A DNA stretch of 64,000 bases from an uncultured virus (IMG/VR IMGVR_UViG_3300002026_000101) (lineage: Duplodnaviria > Heunggongvirae > Uroviricota > Caudoviricetes): the IMG/VR virus record IMGVR_UViG_3300002026_000101. One strand, 5' to 3'. The translations under genes were made by a program, and so were the position numbers. How positions within the stretch are numbered: the first letter of the stretch is position 1; every line of letters begins with the position of its first letter. The notes beneath the pieces are model-generated. The model did no database searches. It was not told the origin of the DNA and saw only the letters and a list, made by a program, of their open reading frames with translations. Below, piece by piece: positions 1 through 9,757 of this stretch.

Positions 1-1
1 C

Positions 2-127
2 CTCGCCACCCTCGACCAAACCATCGCCGTCGCCGAAACCGCGATCAACACACTAACCTACCGCCTATACCACCTTACCCCCGCCGAAATCTCCGCGATC
101 GAGACAAACAAAAGGAGCAACGCATGA
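2..127 (+). CDS. C-terminal end of a Type IIG-like restriction-modification / adenine methyltransferase protein (truncated by window start)
   Basis: Frame 2 reads LDQTIAVAETAINTLTYRLYHLTPAEISAIE...*, like the 'ID.LVY.LY.LT.EEI..IE' tail of Eco57I-like enzymes; TGA overlaps the next ATG (ATGA). Confidence 0.6.
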   Translation, partial: LATLDQTIAVAETAINTLTYRLYHLTPAEISAIETNKRSNA

Positions 128-672
128 CAGACAACACGAATATCGACACCGCCCCCCAGATCGAACCCTACGGCGTTGCAAGCGAACACCAAGCCACGGA
201 ACAGCGACACGCGGACGAGACGCTATGGGGCAAGCACGGCGATACATTCCGCATCATGAACCGCATTTTCGAAATTTCAGGCACGTCTGAAAATGAGGAC
301 GGTGAGTTCTCGAGAAGATCACCTGCAACGCTTGTCCAGAATTCCCTTCTACACATTGGCGACCGGGTAAGGCACAAACCGTCAAAACCACGAGGCGCTG
401 AGGTTCAAACCATTTTGGATGAAATCGAGGCAGAACTTGTCGTAAACGCGGGGCGGTACGAATTTCAATGGATCAGTGGGGGCAATCACGTTATCAAAGG
501 CACCTATTCGGCCACAGGGCTGCTCGATGCAATCTATAAAGAGAATGACCGCACATGGCACGGCAGCGGCAATACAGGCGCTGGCTCGTATCATCAGGGC
601 CACATGCAGGAGCGAAACTTACAGAACCCTTGGACAAGAAAGGCGAAAGCACAACGGAAGATTCTCGCTTAA
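124..672 (+). CDS. hypothetical protein
   Basis: 182-aa ORF, AAGGAG RBS upstream, coupled to previous stop. Confidence 0.7.
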   Translation: MTDNTNIDTAPQIEPYGVASEHQATEQRHADETLWGKHGDTFRIMNRIFEISGTSENEDGEFSRRSPATLVQNSLLHIGDRVRHKPSKPRGAEVQTILDEIEAELVVNAGRYEFQWISGGNHVIKGTYSATGLLDAIYKENDRTWHGSGNTGAGSYHQGHMQERNLQNPWTRKAKAQRKILA

Positions 673-754
673 TGACCTGTATTGACGAGCATCGTCAGCT
701 TGTAGATACCTTTCTGACCGGACATCGCGAAGTAATTGATTTAATTGGTGGGGT

Positions 755-955
755 TTGCTTTGGTGGCAGGTCGGGGCAATTTTCGTACAGCATCTGATTC
801 AGGACAGGACGGGGTTTGTAGTCTGGTTCATGCGTGTGACTGGAAAGCGGGAGTTCCTGCAACCTCCGTTCGCACCGTGGCGTATAATACTGATAGACAA
901 TCTGCTTCATATCCTGTGGATTGCGGTAGTGGCAAAAAGTGGTGAGTGGGTTTAA
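755..955 (+). pseudogene. DUF3307-like membrane protein fragment
   Basis: QHLIQDRT...IDNLLHILW resembles paired His/Asp motifs of DUF3307; no good start or N-terminal half. Confidence 0.35.
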
Positions 956-1644
956 GCGGAGGAAATCGGCAAGGGAGGTGGGCAGTGAGTTTTATGGCAG
1001 GAGTGACAGGTATTGACGAAGCAGCGGCGGAGCGGGTCCTGTACTGCATTGAGCGGTGGGAGCTGGGGTGGGTTGTCTGTAGTCCTATGGGCCTTCATGG
1101 CGTCCCGATGACGGCGATGCAGGAGGTGATGGAACTTTTAGGGAAGGCGGCCAAGGGAGCGATTCTTGATCCGGGGATCGTCCATCACCTGATCGTGTCT
1201 TTCAAGTCTCCAAAGGCTATCATGGCGATATGCTCCCCCAAGGCGTCCCAAGCGTGGCGGGAGTCGATCAAGCGGGAAAACAAGATCTATTCTCTGGAAC
1301 GTCAATGGTGGCTGGGGTGTGACGTGGGAACAAGTTCAGCATCCATATTCAGGGCACTGACAAACGACACGCATCTGAAGACTGGGATTGCTGTCAAGTT
1401 CCCGAAACCAGATGTTCCACGGGACAGCGACGATTTAACCCGTTGCATCAATCTGGTGAACACGATGCAATGGCGCGATTGCCTGTATCGGGTCGAGGAT
1501 GCGTACCCAGAGTTGCCGTGGGGAGAGATTATCAGCAAGTGGGATGACCTTGTGGCAATGGGGTCTAAAGCGCAGACGGAAGAACTGCGGGCTATCTATG
1601 GTCGGTTTGAAAATGACAGGAAGATGGGAGGGGTATCGGTATGA
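946..1644 (+). CDS. hypothetical phage protein (start may be ATG 994)
   Basis: 232-aa ORF overlapping the ruvC start (ATGA). Confidence 0.65.
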   Translation: MGLSGGNRQGRWAVSFMAGVTGIDEAAAERVLYCIERWELGWVVCSPMGLHGVPMTAMQEVMELLGKAAKGAILDPGIVHHLIVSFKSPKAIMAICSPKASQAWRESIKRENKIYSLERQWWLGCDVGTSSASIFRALTNDTHLKTGIAVKFPKPDVPRDSDDLTRCINLVNTMQWRDCLYRVEDAYPELPWGEIISKWDDLVAMGSKAQTEELRAIYGRFENDRKMGGVSV

Positions 1645-2240
1645 GTAAGTTCGTAGGGCTGGATTTGAGTTTGAGTTCAACGGGATTCTCTTCGTTGTTT
1701 GACGGGTTGACTTCAACGGAAACGATCAAGACGGTTCCCAAGGGGTTCGAGGATGACCTTGTGAGGCTGCGGCATATCAGCAATGAGGTGATGAAGCGGA
1801 TTCCGCTGGACGTGGATCTGGTTTGCGTGGAAGATTTCTACACCCCGTCGAATGCCATGCAGATCGGGTCGGCGATCAAGCTCGCGATGCTGGGGGCTAC
1901 GGTTCGCTTGGCGATGAAAGAGCGCGGGGTTCCGTTCATCATCCCGACGGCTGGGCAGATCAAGAAGTACATCACGGGCAAGGGTACGGCCCAGAAGTCC
2001 ACGATCATCATGGAGGTCTACAAGACGTACGGGATTGAAGCGAAAGACGATAACCAAGCCGATGCGTTTTCTATGGCACACCTAGCGAAGACAATTTTTT
2101 CCCTAATGAGTAATGAGGATGTGTCTGAACTGCCGCGATACCAGATAGATGTGGCTATGAAGATTTATCAAGAACGACCAAGATATAATCTTGACTTTCC
2201 CGTCGGGTTTGGATTAAATAAAAGCATCGAAGGGGATTAA
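1641..2240 (+). CDS. ruvC: RuvC-like Holliday junction resolvase
   Basis: VGLDLSLSSTG, VCVED, IKKYITGKGTAQK and DDNQADA acidic catalytic motifs. Confidence 0.9.
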   Translation: MSKFVGLDLSLSSTGFSSLFDGLTSTETIKTVPKGFEDDLVRLRHISNEVMKRIPLDVDLVCVEDFYTPSNAMQIGSAIKLAMLGATVRLAMKERGVPFIIPTAGQIKKYITGKGTAQKSTIIMEVYKTYGIEAKDDNQADAFSMAHLAKTIFSLMSNEDVSELPRYQIDVAMKIYQERPRYNLDFPVGFGLNKSIEGD

Positions 2241-3700
2241 AGGCAAATGAAGACAATGGGCTTTTACAATTTGGTTTCGGAATATCCAGAGATTGCATCT
2301 GAGTTTCATCCAAGGAACAATTGTGAGGCTGCAACTCTTTCTCCGTCTAGCAACAAAAGAGTCTGGTGGGTATGTTCGCATGGTCATGAGTGGATGGCAA
2401 CCGTGAACTCAAGGACAAACAGTAAGTCTGGTTGTCCGTATTGTTCGGGTAGACGTGCAACGACAGAATCAAATCTTGCGGTTTTGTTTCCCGACCTATT
2501 GTCGGAGTGGGATTTCCTAGGGAACAAGTCTTTAAGACCAGAAGAAGTGAAGGCGGGATCACAGCGGGTTGTGTGGTGGAAGTGTTCTATGGGGCATCGG
2601 TGGGAGATGTCTATAAAGGCAAGGACTGGGCAAAAGCAGGGCTGTCCGTATTGTTCTGGGCGTCGTGTCGGGTATGGTAATTCGCTTGCAGACTTAAGAC
2701 CCGACATTGCGAGGCAGTGGGATTTTGAAAGAAACAAATCGTTCACGCCTCATGACGTGGTAGTTGGATCGAAGAGGCAGGCGTGGTTTGTCTGTCCGAG
2801 TGGACACAATCACTTAGCACGTGTTTACTTGTGGGTAAAGGCTGGTTGTCCGTATTGTTCGGGGCGTGTAGCTTGTTCTGACAATAATCTATCTGTCACC
2901 CATCCCGAGATTGCGTCTCAGTGGGATCATAGTCAGAACAAAATAGGCCCTGAAAAAGTTGTTGCAGGATCGCATCATAAGGTATGGTGGGACTGCGGCA
3001 ACGGACATGGTTGGCAGGCAAAAGTGTACAGCAGGACAAAGCTCGGTTCTGGGTGTCCAATTTGCACAACAAGGAGGCAGGTTTCAAAATTGGAGATGCG
3101 GGTGTATGCAGAGTTGAAATCGTTGTTTCCAGATTGTGTTCATAGTCAGAAAGTTAATGGCGTCGAGGTTGACGTCTTGATTCCGTCAATCGGTGTGGCG
3201 ATAGAAGTAGATGGCTCTCATTGGCATGGGAAAGCCACAATCAGAGACTTGCGAAAGAATAAAGTGTTAAGTTTGGCGGGGTTAAATGTAATCCGATTGC
3301 GGGAAAGTCCTTTGGTTCCAATCGGGAGGAATGATGTCGTTTTTGACGGGGAGGCTAGTGTAGAGACGATCAACTTGCTGTTGTCAAGTGTACGATCTGT
3401 ATCTGGAGTAAGCGTGCCACTTCTGGGTTGTTTTAACAATGACGCTTTGTACCTTGAGCTTATGTCGAACTTGTACGTGAAGCCCGGGAATACTTTGAGT
3501 GAAAAGTTCCCAAATGTCGCTAAACAGTGGCATCCAACAAAGAACGGGAAACTCAGTCCATGGAATGTAAGTTATGGCTCTAAAGAGCGGGTTTGGTGGG
3601 TTTGTGAAAGGGGGCACGAATGGAAGGTTGGCATAAACTCAAGAACGTCTCTTGGTTGTGGTTGCAAGAAGTGTCATCTCGAAAGGATTAAAGCATGAAA
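2058..3700 (+). mobile_element. endonuclease element inserted in ruvC carrying a replacement 3' end
   Basis: The ruvC C-terminus occurs twice (2058-2240 and 3701-3865) on either side of the endonuclease; boundaries approximate. Confidence 0.75.
2247..3698 (+). CDS. zinc-ribbon-repeat (DUF4379-like) protein with PD-(D/E)XK/Vsr-like nuclease domain; putative homing endonuclease
   Basis: Five W-W-x-C-x2-GH-x-W...GCPYC-type repeats; nuclease core EVDVLIP..GVAIEVDGSHWH...DLRKN...VIRLRE; visibly more AT-rich than flanks. Confidence 0.85.
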   Translation: MKTMGFYNLVSEYPEIASEFHPRNNCEAATLSPSSNKRVWWVCSHGHEWMATVNSRTNSKSGCPYCSGRRATTESNLAVLFPDLLSEWDFLGNKSLRPEEVKAGSQRVVWWKCSMGHRWEMSIKARTGQKQGCPYCSGRRVGYGNSLADLRPDIARQWDFERNKSFTPHDVVVGSKRQAWFVCPSGHNHLARVYLWVKAGCPYCSGRVACSDNNLSVTHPEIASQWDHSQNKIGPEKVVAGSHHKVWWDCGNGHGWQAKVYSRTKLGSGCPICTTRRQVSKLEMRVYAELKSLFPDCVHSQKVNGVEVDVLIPSIGVAIEVDGSHWHGKATIRDLRKNKVLSLAGLNVIRLRESPLVPIGRNDVVFDGEASVETINLLLSSVRSVSGVSVPLLGCFNNDALYLELMSNLYVKPGNTLSEKFPNVAKQWHPTKNGKLSPWNVSYGSKERVWWVCERGHEWKVGINSRTSLGCGCKKCHLERIKA

Positions 3701-3865
3701 GCGGACAGTTTAGGTATGGCGCACTTGGCGGAGTCTATCTACCTGTTGTCTAAGGGCGAATCTGATGACAAGCTGACAAAGCCAGCACACGAGGTGGTAG
3801 GGGTCATCTTCAGGGATCGGCCACGGTACAACTTTGGAAAACCGTTAGGGCAAGACGATGTCTGA
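3695..3865 (+). pseudogene. displaced original C-terminus of ruvC
   Basis: MKADSLGMAHLAESIYLL...IFRDRPRYNFGKPLG aligns without gaps (20/50 identical) to ADAFSMAHLAKTIFSL...IYQERPRYNLDFPVG of RuvC. Confidence 0.85.
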
Positions 3866-4358
3866 GGAACGGGCGGAGTACGGTAGTGAACAGGTGTTGC
3901 TTGGAAAAGCGATCCTAGGGGCTTTGGCTGCGATGCACAGCCGCATGGGGTGGCTGTTTGTGCCCGAGTTAAGGGCTGGGACGGGCTACGGCGCGTTGAA
4001 GGAGCAGCGGCTGGATGGTTGGGCGATTCAGGCTTGGGCGTCTGTAAAGGCCAGCAAGGGGGTCGTGGCCCCGCACCTACGCAGGGCTTTTGAGATCAAG
4101 GTGTCGGCGGCTGACCTGAAGACGGAGCTTCGGAATCCTGATAAGCGGTGGTTTGCGTATGCCGTCAGTCACGAGTTCTACTTCGTGGCTCCCGCTGGGC
4201 TGGTTGACCCCGCGCTCCTTGACAGCGATGACGGGTTGATGGAATGGGACGGGGTAGCACTTAAAGTCGTGAAGCAGCCTCCGGTTCGCACGACCATGCC
4301 TCCCCGCTGGGACTTCGTGGCCTCCGTTGTAAGAACGCTTACCAAAGAGCCGCTGTAG
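3858..4358 (+). CDS. MmcB-like PD-(D/E)XK nuclease
   Basis: RLDGWAI...AFEIKVSAADLKTEL...HEFYFVAP. Confidence 0.75.
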   Translation: MSEERAEYGSEQVLLGKAILGALAAMHSRMGWLFVPELRAGTGYGALKEQRLDGWAIQAWASVKASKGVVAPHLRRAFEIKVSAADLKTELRNPDKRWFAYAVSHEFYFVAPAGLVDPALLDSDDGLMEWDGVALKVVKQPPVRTTMPPRWDFVASVVRTLTKEPL

Positions 4359-4409
4359 AAAATCCATCCCCTATGGTGATAGGGGGTTGTAAGCGATGGG
4401 GCTTGCAAC
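4356..4409 (+). promoter_or_regulatory. motif A promoter (TAGAAA-N13-GGTGATAG) plus leader hairpin
   Basis: One of 14 copies; TAG doubles as stop of the upstream gene; 9-bp hairpin GTTGTAAGC/GCTTGCAAC. Confidence 0.75.
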
Positions 4410-4562
4410 GACCAGGGGAGACACGATGAGCATCGAGACGCAGATGAAACTGGCAGGAACGCGGGTTGGTCGGGTAGTTCTTCATCTGGTCGGGCTGGCG
4501 ATGGACAATCGGGCCAAGTGGCACTATCAGGGAATCATGCGGGAAGTGATGGGGGTATAATC

Positions 4563-4850
4563 ATGGCGGAGAAGATAAGGGTCGAGATTTACGGCGAGGC
4601 CGATGCGCTGCGGGAGCTGGAGCGTCGGGGTATAATAGAGATCGAGTGGGTTGATCCAGAGCGCAACGAGTTGTCCCGACAGGCCAAGGTCGAGAAGTCG
4701 TGTATAGAGCTGGGGGGGCAGGGGTACGTGGTGGAGGAGGAGTATAGAGACCACATTGCGTACATGAATCCGCAAACGATGGAGCGGGCTAGGGTGTACC
4801 GAGACGGGGAGATATACGGGAATGGGCGGTATATGTCAAAGAAGGAATAA
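4563..4850 (+). CDS. hypothetical protein
   Basis: ORF from ATG (MAEKIRVE...) with acidic phage-like composition. Confidence 0.55.
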   Translation: MAEKIRVEIYGEADALRELERRGIIEIEWVDPERNELSRQAKVEKSCIELGGQGYVVEEEYRDHIAYMNPQTMERARVYRDGEIYGNGRYMSKKE

Positions 4851-6183
4851 AGGGGGGGGCTGAAGGAGAATGGAAACGGTTATGAAAAACAAAACAGATT
4901 ATTCAAAGTGCAAATGTCCGTACTCTCACATCAAAAAGGACTATGGGCACGAGTTGCACGAACCTTCTGGTTATCAATCTGAGTATGGTGTGACTGTGGG
5001 TTTCGCGGCCCAGCGTTTTGCCTTGATCCTGTAGAGTTGGGCTTTTCCCTTAAATCTACCGACAACGGGAGCATTTCGGTTGACGAGTCAGGATATGCTA
5101 TGCTTCGCTGTGCGCTGGCTGGGGTTGTAGAAGCGAGCGACAAAGACGAACTGGAATAGATGGAACTGGCAATACGTGGGATGACAGGGACAGACGACTC
5201 GAAGACAGTGAGTATTCGTGCGATAGCAAGTAGGCTCGATTTTGTTGTCTGGTTTTAACAGTGAAAGGAAGTGATTATGGACAAGTTCAATGTTTTTGTG
5301 GCTAAAAGAAAGTTGTATTTGGCTCTGTTGGAGATTCCTCCAGATGAACTCACGGAAGACGATTTGCGGGTGAAGAAGTGTCTTTGTGTAGATCGAGAGA
5401 TACAGGGTTATCTTAGGGATGTTTTGAAGACAAAACACAAATGAGTATAAAGTCAAACACATCTATCGGGAAACCAATGCCTCCCGACCTCCGTACGACC
5501 TCCGTGAGTACACGGTTGATCTGACTGGGCCAGGATTTATTATCCACGAGAGACCAGGTGTGCAGCGTGACCGCCCAGTGATAATAGAATGTCCAGTCTC
5601 GTTGTGGGGCGAGTCAAAACCTGTTTAACCGGGCTCATCATTGATCCAACATTATGCCAAACCGTCCAGCGGGGCGTTGTGTTAAATAAAAAGGAAGTGA
5701 TTAGGAGATGGAAACCTATTCATACCGCCCCACAAGACGGGACGCAGATTCTATTGCTGGTCCGCCCCGAAGACTCTGATCCGAACGTGATAGACGCTAA
5801 TCCGATGCGAGATGAAGAGGTGGTTGTAACGATTGGGCACTACAACCATAATGATGACGAGGCAGATACATGGCATATCTTGAATCGTTGGCGTATAGTA
5901 AGAGTGGTGTTGCCGTGCAAGGTGATTCCATAATGTGGAGGTAGTGATGAGTCGGAAACAGAAACTTGACAAGATACTCGGGTGGTTAAAGAAGCACAGG
6001 ATGACCCCAGAGGACATCGGTGTTGACGGGGATCTGGCGGATGCTGACGATGACGTTCTCCTGTCGGTTCTGGAGGACATTGACGAAGACGAGGCGCGGG
6101 ATGAGGGCTGGAACGCTGAAGCGAGGGAGGCCGACAGGCAGAGCCGTGTTTGCAATGACGGTTGCTGTCAGGCAAGGTGATTT

Positions 6184-6471
6184 ATGAACATCCTGATTGA
6201 GGCAATCAAGGGCGGGTTCAGGGTGTCGGTTCCAGAACGTCGATGGACGTGGTGGGTGTATCCAGAAGACCATGAGATACGGAACAATGGGCCTAGGTAC
6301 TTTTGCAAGCACGAGATTGTCGCCCCCGGAGTGACGCTCCCTATGGGGTGGACGCTGGGTGATGTGATTGACGATGTGGTCTGGCGGTATGTTGAGACGG
6401 TTAATATGTTTCCACCAGCCGACTGCGGGATAGACGACAGGGATGATTCCAAGATGGAGCCAGAGGTATGA
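6184..6471 (+). CDS. hypothetical protein
   Basis: 95-aa ORF in a run of coupled + strand ORFs. Confidence 0.5.
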   Translation: MNILIEAIKGGFRVSVPERRWTWWVYPEDHEIRNNGPRYFCKHEIVAPGVTLPMGWTLGDVIDDVVWRYVETVNMFPPADCGIDDRDDSKMEPEV

Positions 6472-6958
6472 ACTGTTCTGCTTTCATAGCGGTCAAGCGT
6501 CCACGGTATGCTGTGGACAAGGTTGTCACCGCTGGTATGAGGATTTACATAGAGGACGGGGCTGTAGTGGCAAGACGCCGTGCCCCTGACGGTGGGGGCA
6601 GGTGTGTCGGTGTGGTTGCCGATGGAATGGGTCAGGGCAAGGCGGATGGTTATGGGGCGGATGATCGGGATATGATGTGGTCTGGGGAGTAAAGTGGGAT
6701 ATGACAATGGACTTAACGCGAACAGCGATGGCGATTCTGGAATATGACAAGGCAAAGACCTACGAGGAGATAGAGCAGGCTTTGTTGAATGTCAAGGAGG
6801 CGTTTGCCTTGGATTCGGCATCCGTCAACAGCAGGGACTGTGCGATGCTGGTGTCCCCGAATGGTGGCAATGGGTGGCTGCGTAAGATGGCGGTCAAGGC
6901 TGGGTTCACGGAGTGCGGGCTAACGCCAGAGGTTCGGAGGAGTCGCGGGTGGGGTTGG

Positions 6959-6986
6959 TAGAAAATCGTTCCGTCTGGTGATAGGG
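6959..6986 (+). promoter_or_regulatory. motif A promoter
   Basis: TAGAAA-N12-GGTGATAGGG; TAG is the stop of ORF 6677-6961. Confidence 0.7.
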
Positions 6987-7593
6987 AGTTGTAGGGGCAC
7001 AGAGGAGGGAGCGATATATATGCAGGTGATCAATAAGGCTTGGGTTGAAAACGACAGCACGGGCGGGTTCAAGCTGTGCGTGCGGTATGTCAAGGATACG
7101 GGGGCGGAGAACTTCGGTTGCTTCTTCAAGGAGCACAAGATCGTTCCAGCCGAGTTCGAGGGGCTAAGCGTTGCAGATGCTTGTCGCAAGTTCAAAAGCA
7201 TCGTGTATTCACACATCAAATCGTAGGGGGCGTGATGATCAGGATAATGGATGATTACAAGTTGGTTCCAAATCGCAACCCTGTTTCGCGTCACGAGTGG
7301 AATGATGTCGTCTTGACGAAGAGGTTAAAGGTGTCCGGTGGGTTTTTCCAGACGACTTTCCACCAGACACAGAAGTCTGCGGAGGAGGAGGAGAAGTCTT
7401 TGCGGGAAAGTATGGTGGCAAAGTTCCCGTTCACGCCCCCGAGGAGCGAGTGGGAGTTAGAGAAGGCAAAAAAGCTGGGGCTACTGTAAGGGCATTTTAC
7501 CGTAGCCCGTGGCACACAAAGAGCGTGAGGTTTTTCTACCTTTTGTTCAACGGTCTAAGCCATATTCTGAACACCGTCTTTCGGGCGGTACTT

Positions 7594-7630
7594 ACCCACA
7601 AGTCTTTCGTGGCTTGTGGGTTTTTCTTTT
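7594..7630 (+). terminator. intrinsic terminator
   Basis: ACCCACAAGTC/GGCTTGTGGGT stem followed by T-run. Confidence 0.75.
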
Positions 7631-7645
7631 GTTGGCGTTTTTCTT

Positions 7646-8617
7646 TTACTGTGCGCTGTCTAGCGCGTCCTGAAGGGAACGTCTAAGGGAATGTATGGGT
7701 ACTGCGCCCCGACGCCTTGTGGCAAAGACAACGCGTTCTTTGGATGCCTCCGCGATCTTCAGCCAAGGTATCTCCTTCAGGGCTGCTTTCACTGATTCGA
7801 TCAGTTCCGACGGTCGCCTGTACTTTATCCCAACCTTGGCAGCTAGGGCATAGGGGGCGAAGGAGATTGTTTCCTTGCCGCCGTCGAATGATGCCAGCCA
7901 TTTCAGATTTATGGCAAGCGGGATATCGGTCTTTATGTCTTTCAGGGGGTAGAACCACGGGGACTGGGCGATCAGGTCGAGGTAGGTCTGGGACAGGTGG
8001 ATTTCCGTGCTATCGGTGCTTGCGTGGTGAATGGCTGTGATCATCTCCAGTTCCTCCAATTCGTCAAGGGAGCGGGAGATTGCGCTGAGGGTGGAGGTAC
8101 AGGGGGGTTTTTGCAGAAGTTCTGCAAATCTGCGGGGGTGGATGGTCAGAATCTTGCTTTCGACATTCCCGTTCAGCAGGTGCCAGCCTATCCCGATGAT
8201 GGTTTGCAAAGCTGTGGGGGTGATACAGGGTGGGTCTGACATTAGCTGTGGTCTAGCGATAAGGGGGGTTGGCAGGATGCGGGGTACGGCGCACCAAGGG
8301 GTGAGGCGGATGGTGGGTGGGGCGACGGGGTGGCTTTTCCTGCTGTGCCGCTTGTTGTGGCAGGCGTGGCAGAGGGTGACGTTGTCGACGAGGTCGTTGG
8401 AGTGGAGGGAGAGGAGGTGGGAGTAGGCGCGGGGGAGGTCTTGGTAGAGGGCTAGGGCGGACTGGGCTAGGTGATATAGGGGGGTGACGTGGTGTACGTT
8501 GCTGGGTTCGGTGGGGGAGTGGCAGGAGAAGCAGGCTGGGGTTCGGTTGCGCTGCGACCATAGGTGGTATTCGCGGGATGCCCTGATGCGTTGTGTTAGT
8601 GTCTGTGTTCTGTTCAA
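7646..8617 (-). CDS. HNH-domain protein with possible Rep_3-like winged-helix C-terminus
   Basis: CFSC...NVHHVTP...NVTLCHACHNKRH (HNH); LAAKVGIKYRRPSELIESVKAALKEI resembles initiator WH2; only clear minus-strand gene. Confidence 0.65.
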   Translation of the reverse strand: MNRTQTLTQRIRASREYHLWSQRNRTPACFSCHSPTEPSNVHHVTPLYHLAQSALALYQDLPRAYSHLLSLHSNDLVDNVTLCHACHNKRHSRKSHPVAPPTIRLTPWCAVPRILPTPLIARPQLMSDPPCITPTALQTIIGIGWHLLNGNVESKILTIHPRRFAELLQKPPCTSTLSAISRSLDELEELEMITAIHHASTDSTEIHLSQTYLDLIAQSPWFYPLKDIKTDIPLAINLKWLASFDGGKETISFAPYALAAKVGIKYRRPSELIESVKAALKEIPWLKIAEASKERVVFATRRRGAVPIHSLRRSLQDALDSAQ

Positions 8618-9170
8618 CTTTCGTCCTTTCGCTTGCTGTTTTGATTATACGCCTATTGATGGGATTTCGGGCGGCGAAGTATAGGATTTCGGGTGGCGTT
8701 TTAAGGTTTTGCTATTTTGAAAACAGCGGTTTCATTGGGGTTTTTGCTTACTGTGGGGGTACGTTTTCTGGTATAGTTATGGATAGTGTGATGTTCAGTG
8801 GGACGGCTTTAGCCTTGTTTTCTAGTGGTTATGGGGGTGGTTATTTGCCTATGTGTAGTGTGCTGTTTGGTGCTATGGCTTTGGGCTTGTTTTTCTAGGT
8901 ATATTGCTTATGGTTTTGGTGTGTGTTGGTAGGGGGTGTTGTTCTTAGTATCTTTTGATATGGGGGTGGGTGTATAATGGGGTTGTTATGCTTTGCTGAT
9001 TGTGGTGGTAGATGGGAGGGGTGTTTCGATGTGGGGGTGACTTAGCGAGGGGGTTATCGGTTGTGATGCTGCCGTTGTTGGTGGGGGAGGTGTATAGGGG
9101 AGGGTTGTTTGGGGAGGATGTGGTAGGGGTTGCGGTGTAAGCGGGACAAGACAGATTCTGGGGCTGCAAG

Positions 9171-9208
9171 GCGCATGGGGGCGTGATTCCTCCCGTGCGC
9201 TTTTTTTT
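9171..9208 (+). terminator. intrinsic terminator
   Basis: GCGCATGGG/CCCGTGCGC stem followed by T8. Confidence 0.7.
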
Positions 9209-9226
9209 ATAAAATGGTGCTTTGTA
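9207..9226 (+). promoter_or_regulatory. motif B putative late promoter (T(G/T)ATA-N11-TGTA)
   Basis: Same spacing at 18320, 22738, 62418; variants at 20793 and 43294. Confidence 0.5.
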
Positions 9227-9268
9227 GTGACAGGTTGATTTTGGTAGTGGTGAATTAGGGGGGCTGTT

Positions 9269-9694
9269 ATGAGGACATATTCTGTAGTGAAGCGGTTTTT
9301 TGTTGCTGACCTGAATCGGTACATCCCGCAGGGGGCGTTGATCGGGGAGTACGAGAATGCGAGCAAGCTGGTGCTCTGGGACGCTCCCGTCCCGTTGACG
9401 CCTAGTATCGAGTTGGACGGGCTGACGTACTTGAAGCCGGAGGAGATCGGGTGGCTGTCGTTGCTTCGGGTCAACACAGCGGTATTTTCGGAGTTCATGA
9501 CGCCGTCGGTCGTGGTGCCAGAGGATCAGTACGGCAATCTGCTGATTGTTGGGGGGGACGGGGATGGGCTGGTCGTGCGCAATGGTGTTCCTTACCTGCT
9601 GAACGCTGACACGGCAATGTACAATGCTGTTCGTACGGCTGGTGCTGACGGTTCGGTGGGTCTGGAGGTCAACCAGACTGGGGTCAACCTCTAG
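9269..9694 (+). CDS. hypothetical protein
   Basis: 141-aa ORF after motif B. Confidence 0.7.
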   Translation: MRTYSVVKRFFVADLNRYIPQGALIGEYENASKLVLWDAPVPLTPSIELDGLTYLKPEEIGWLSLLRVNTAVFSEFMTPSVVVPEDQYGNLLIVGGDGDGLVVRNGVPYLLNADTAMYNAVRTAGADGSVGLEVNQTGVNL

Positions 9695-9757
9695 GTGTTG
9701 CTGTTTTGATGTATTGGTCGAGTGTGGGTGTGCTTGAGGATAAAGGAGGAATGGGTT

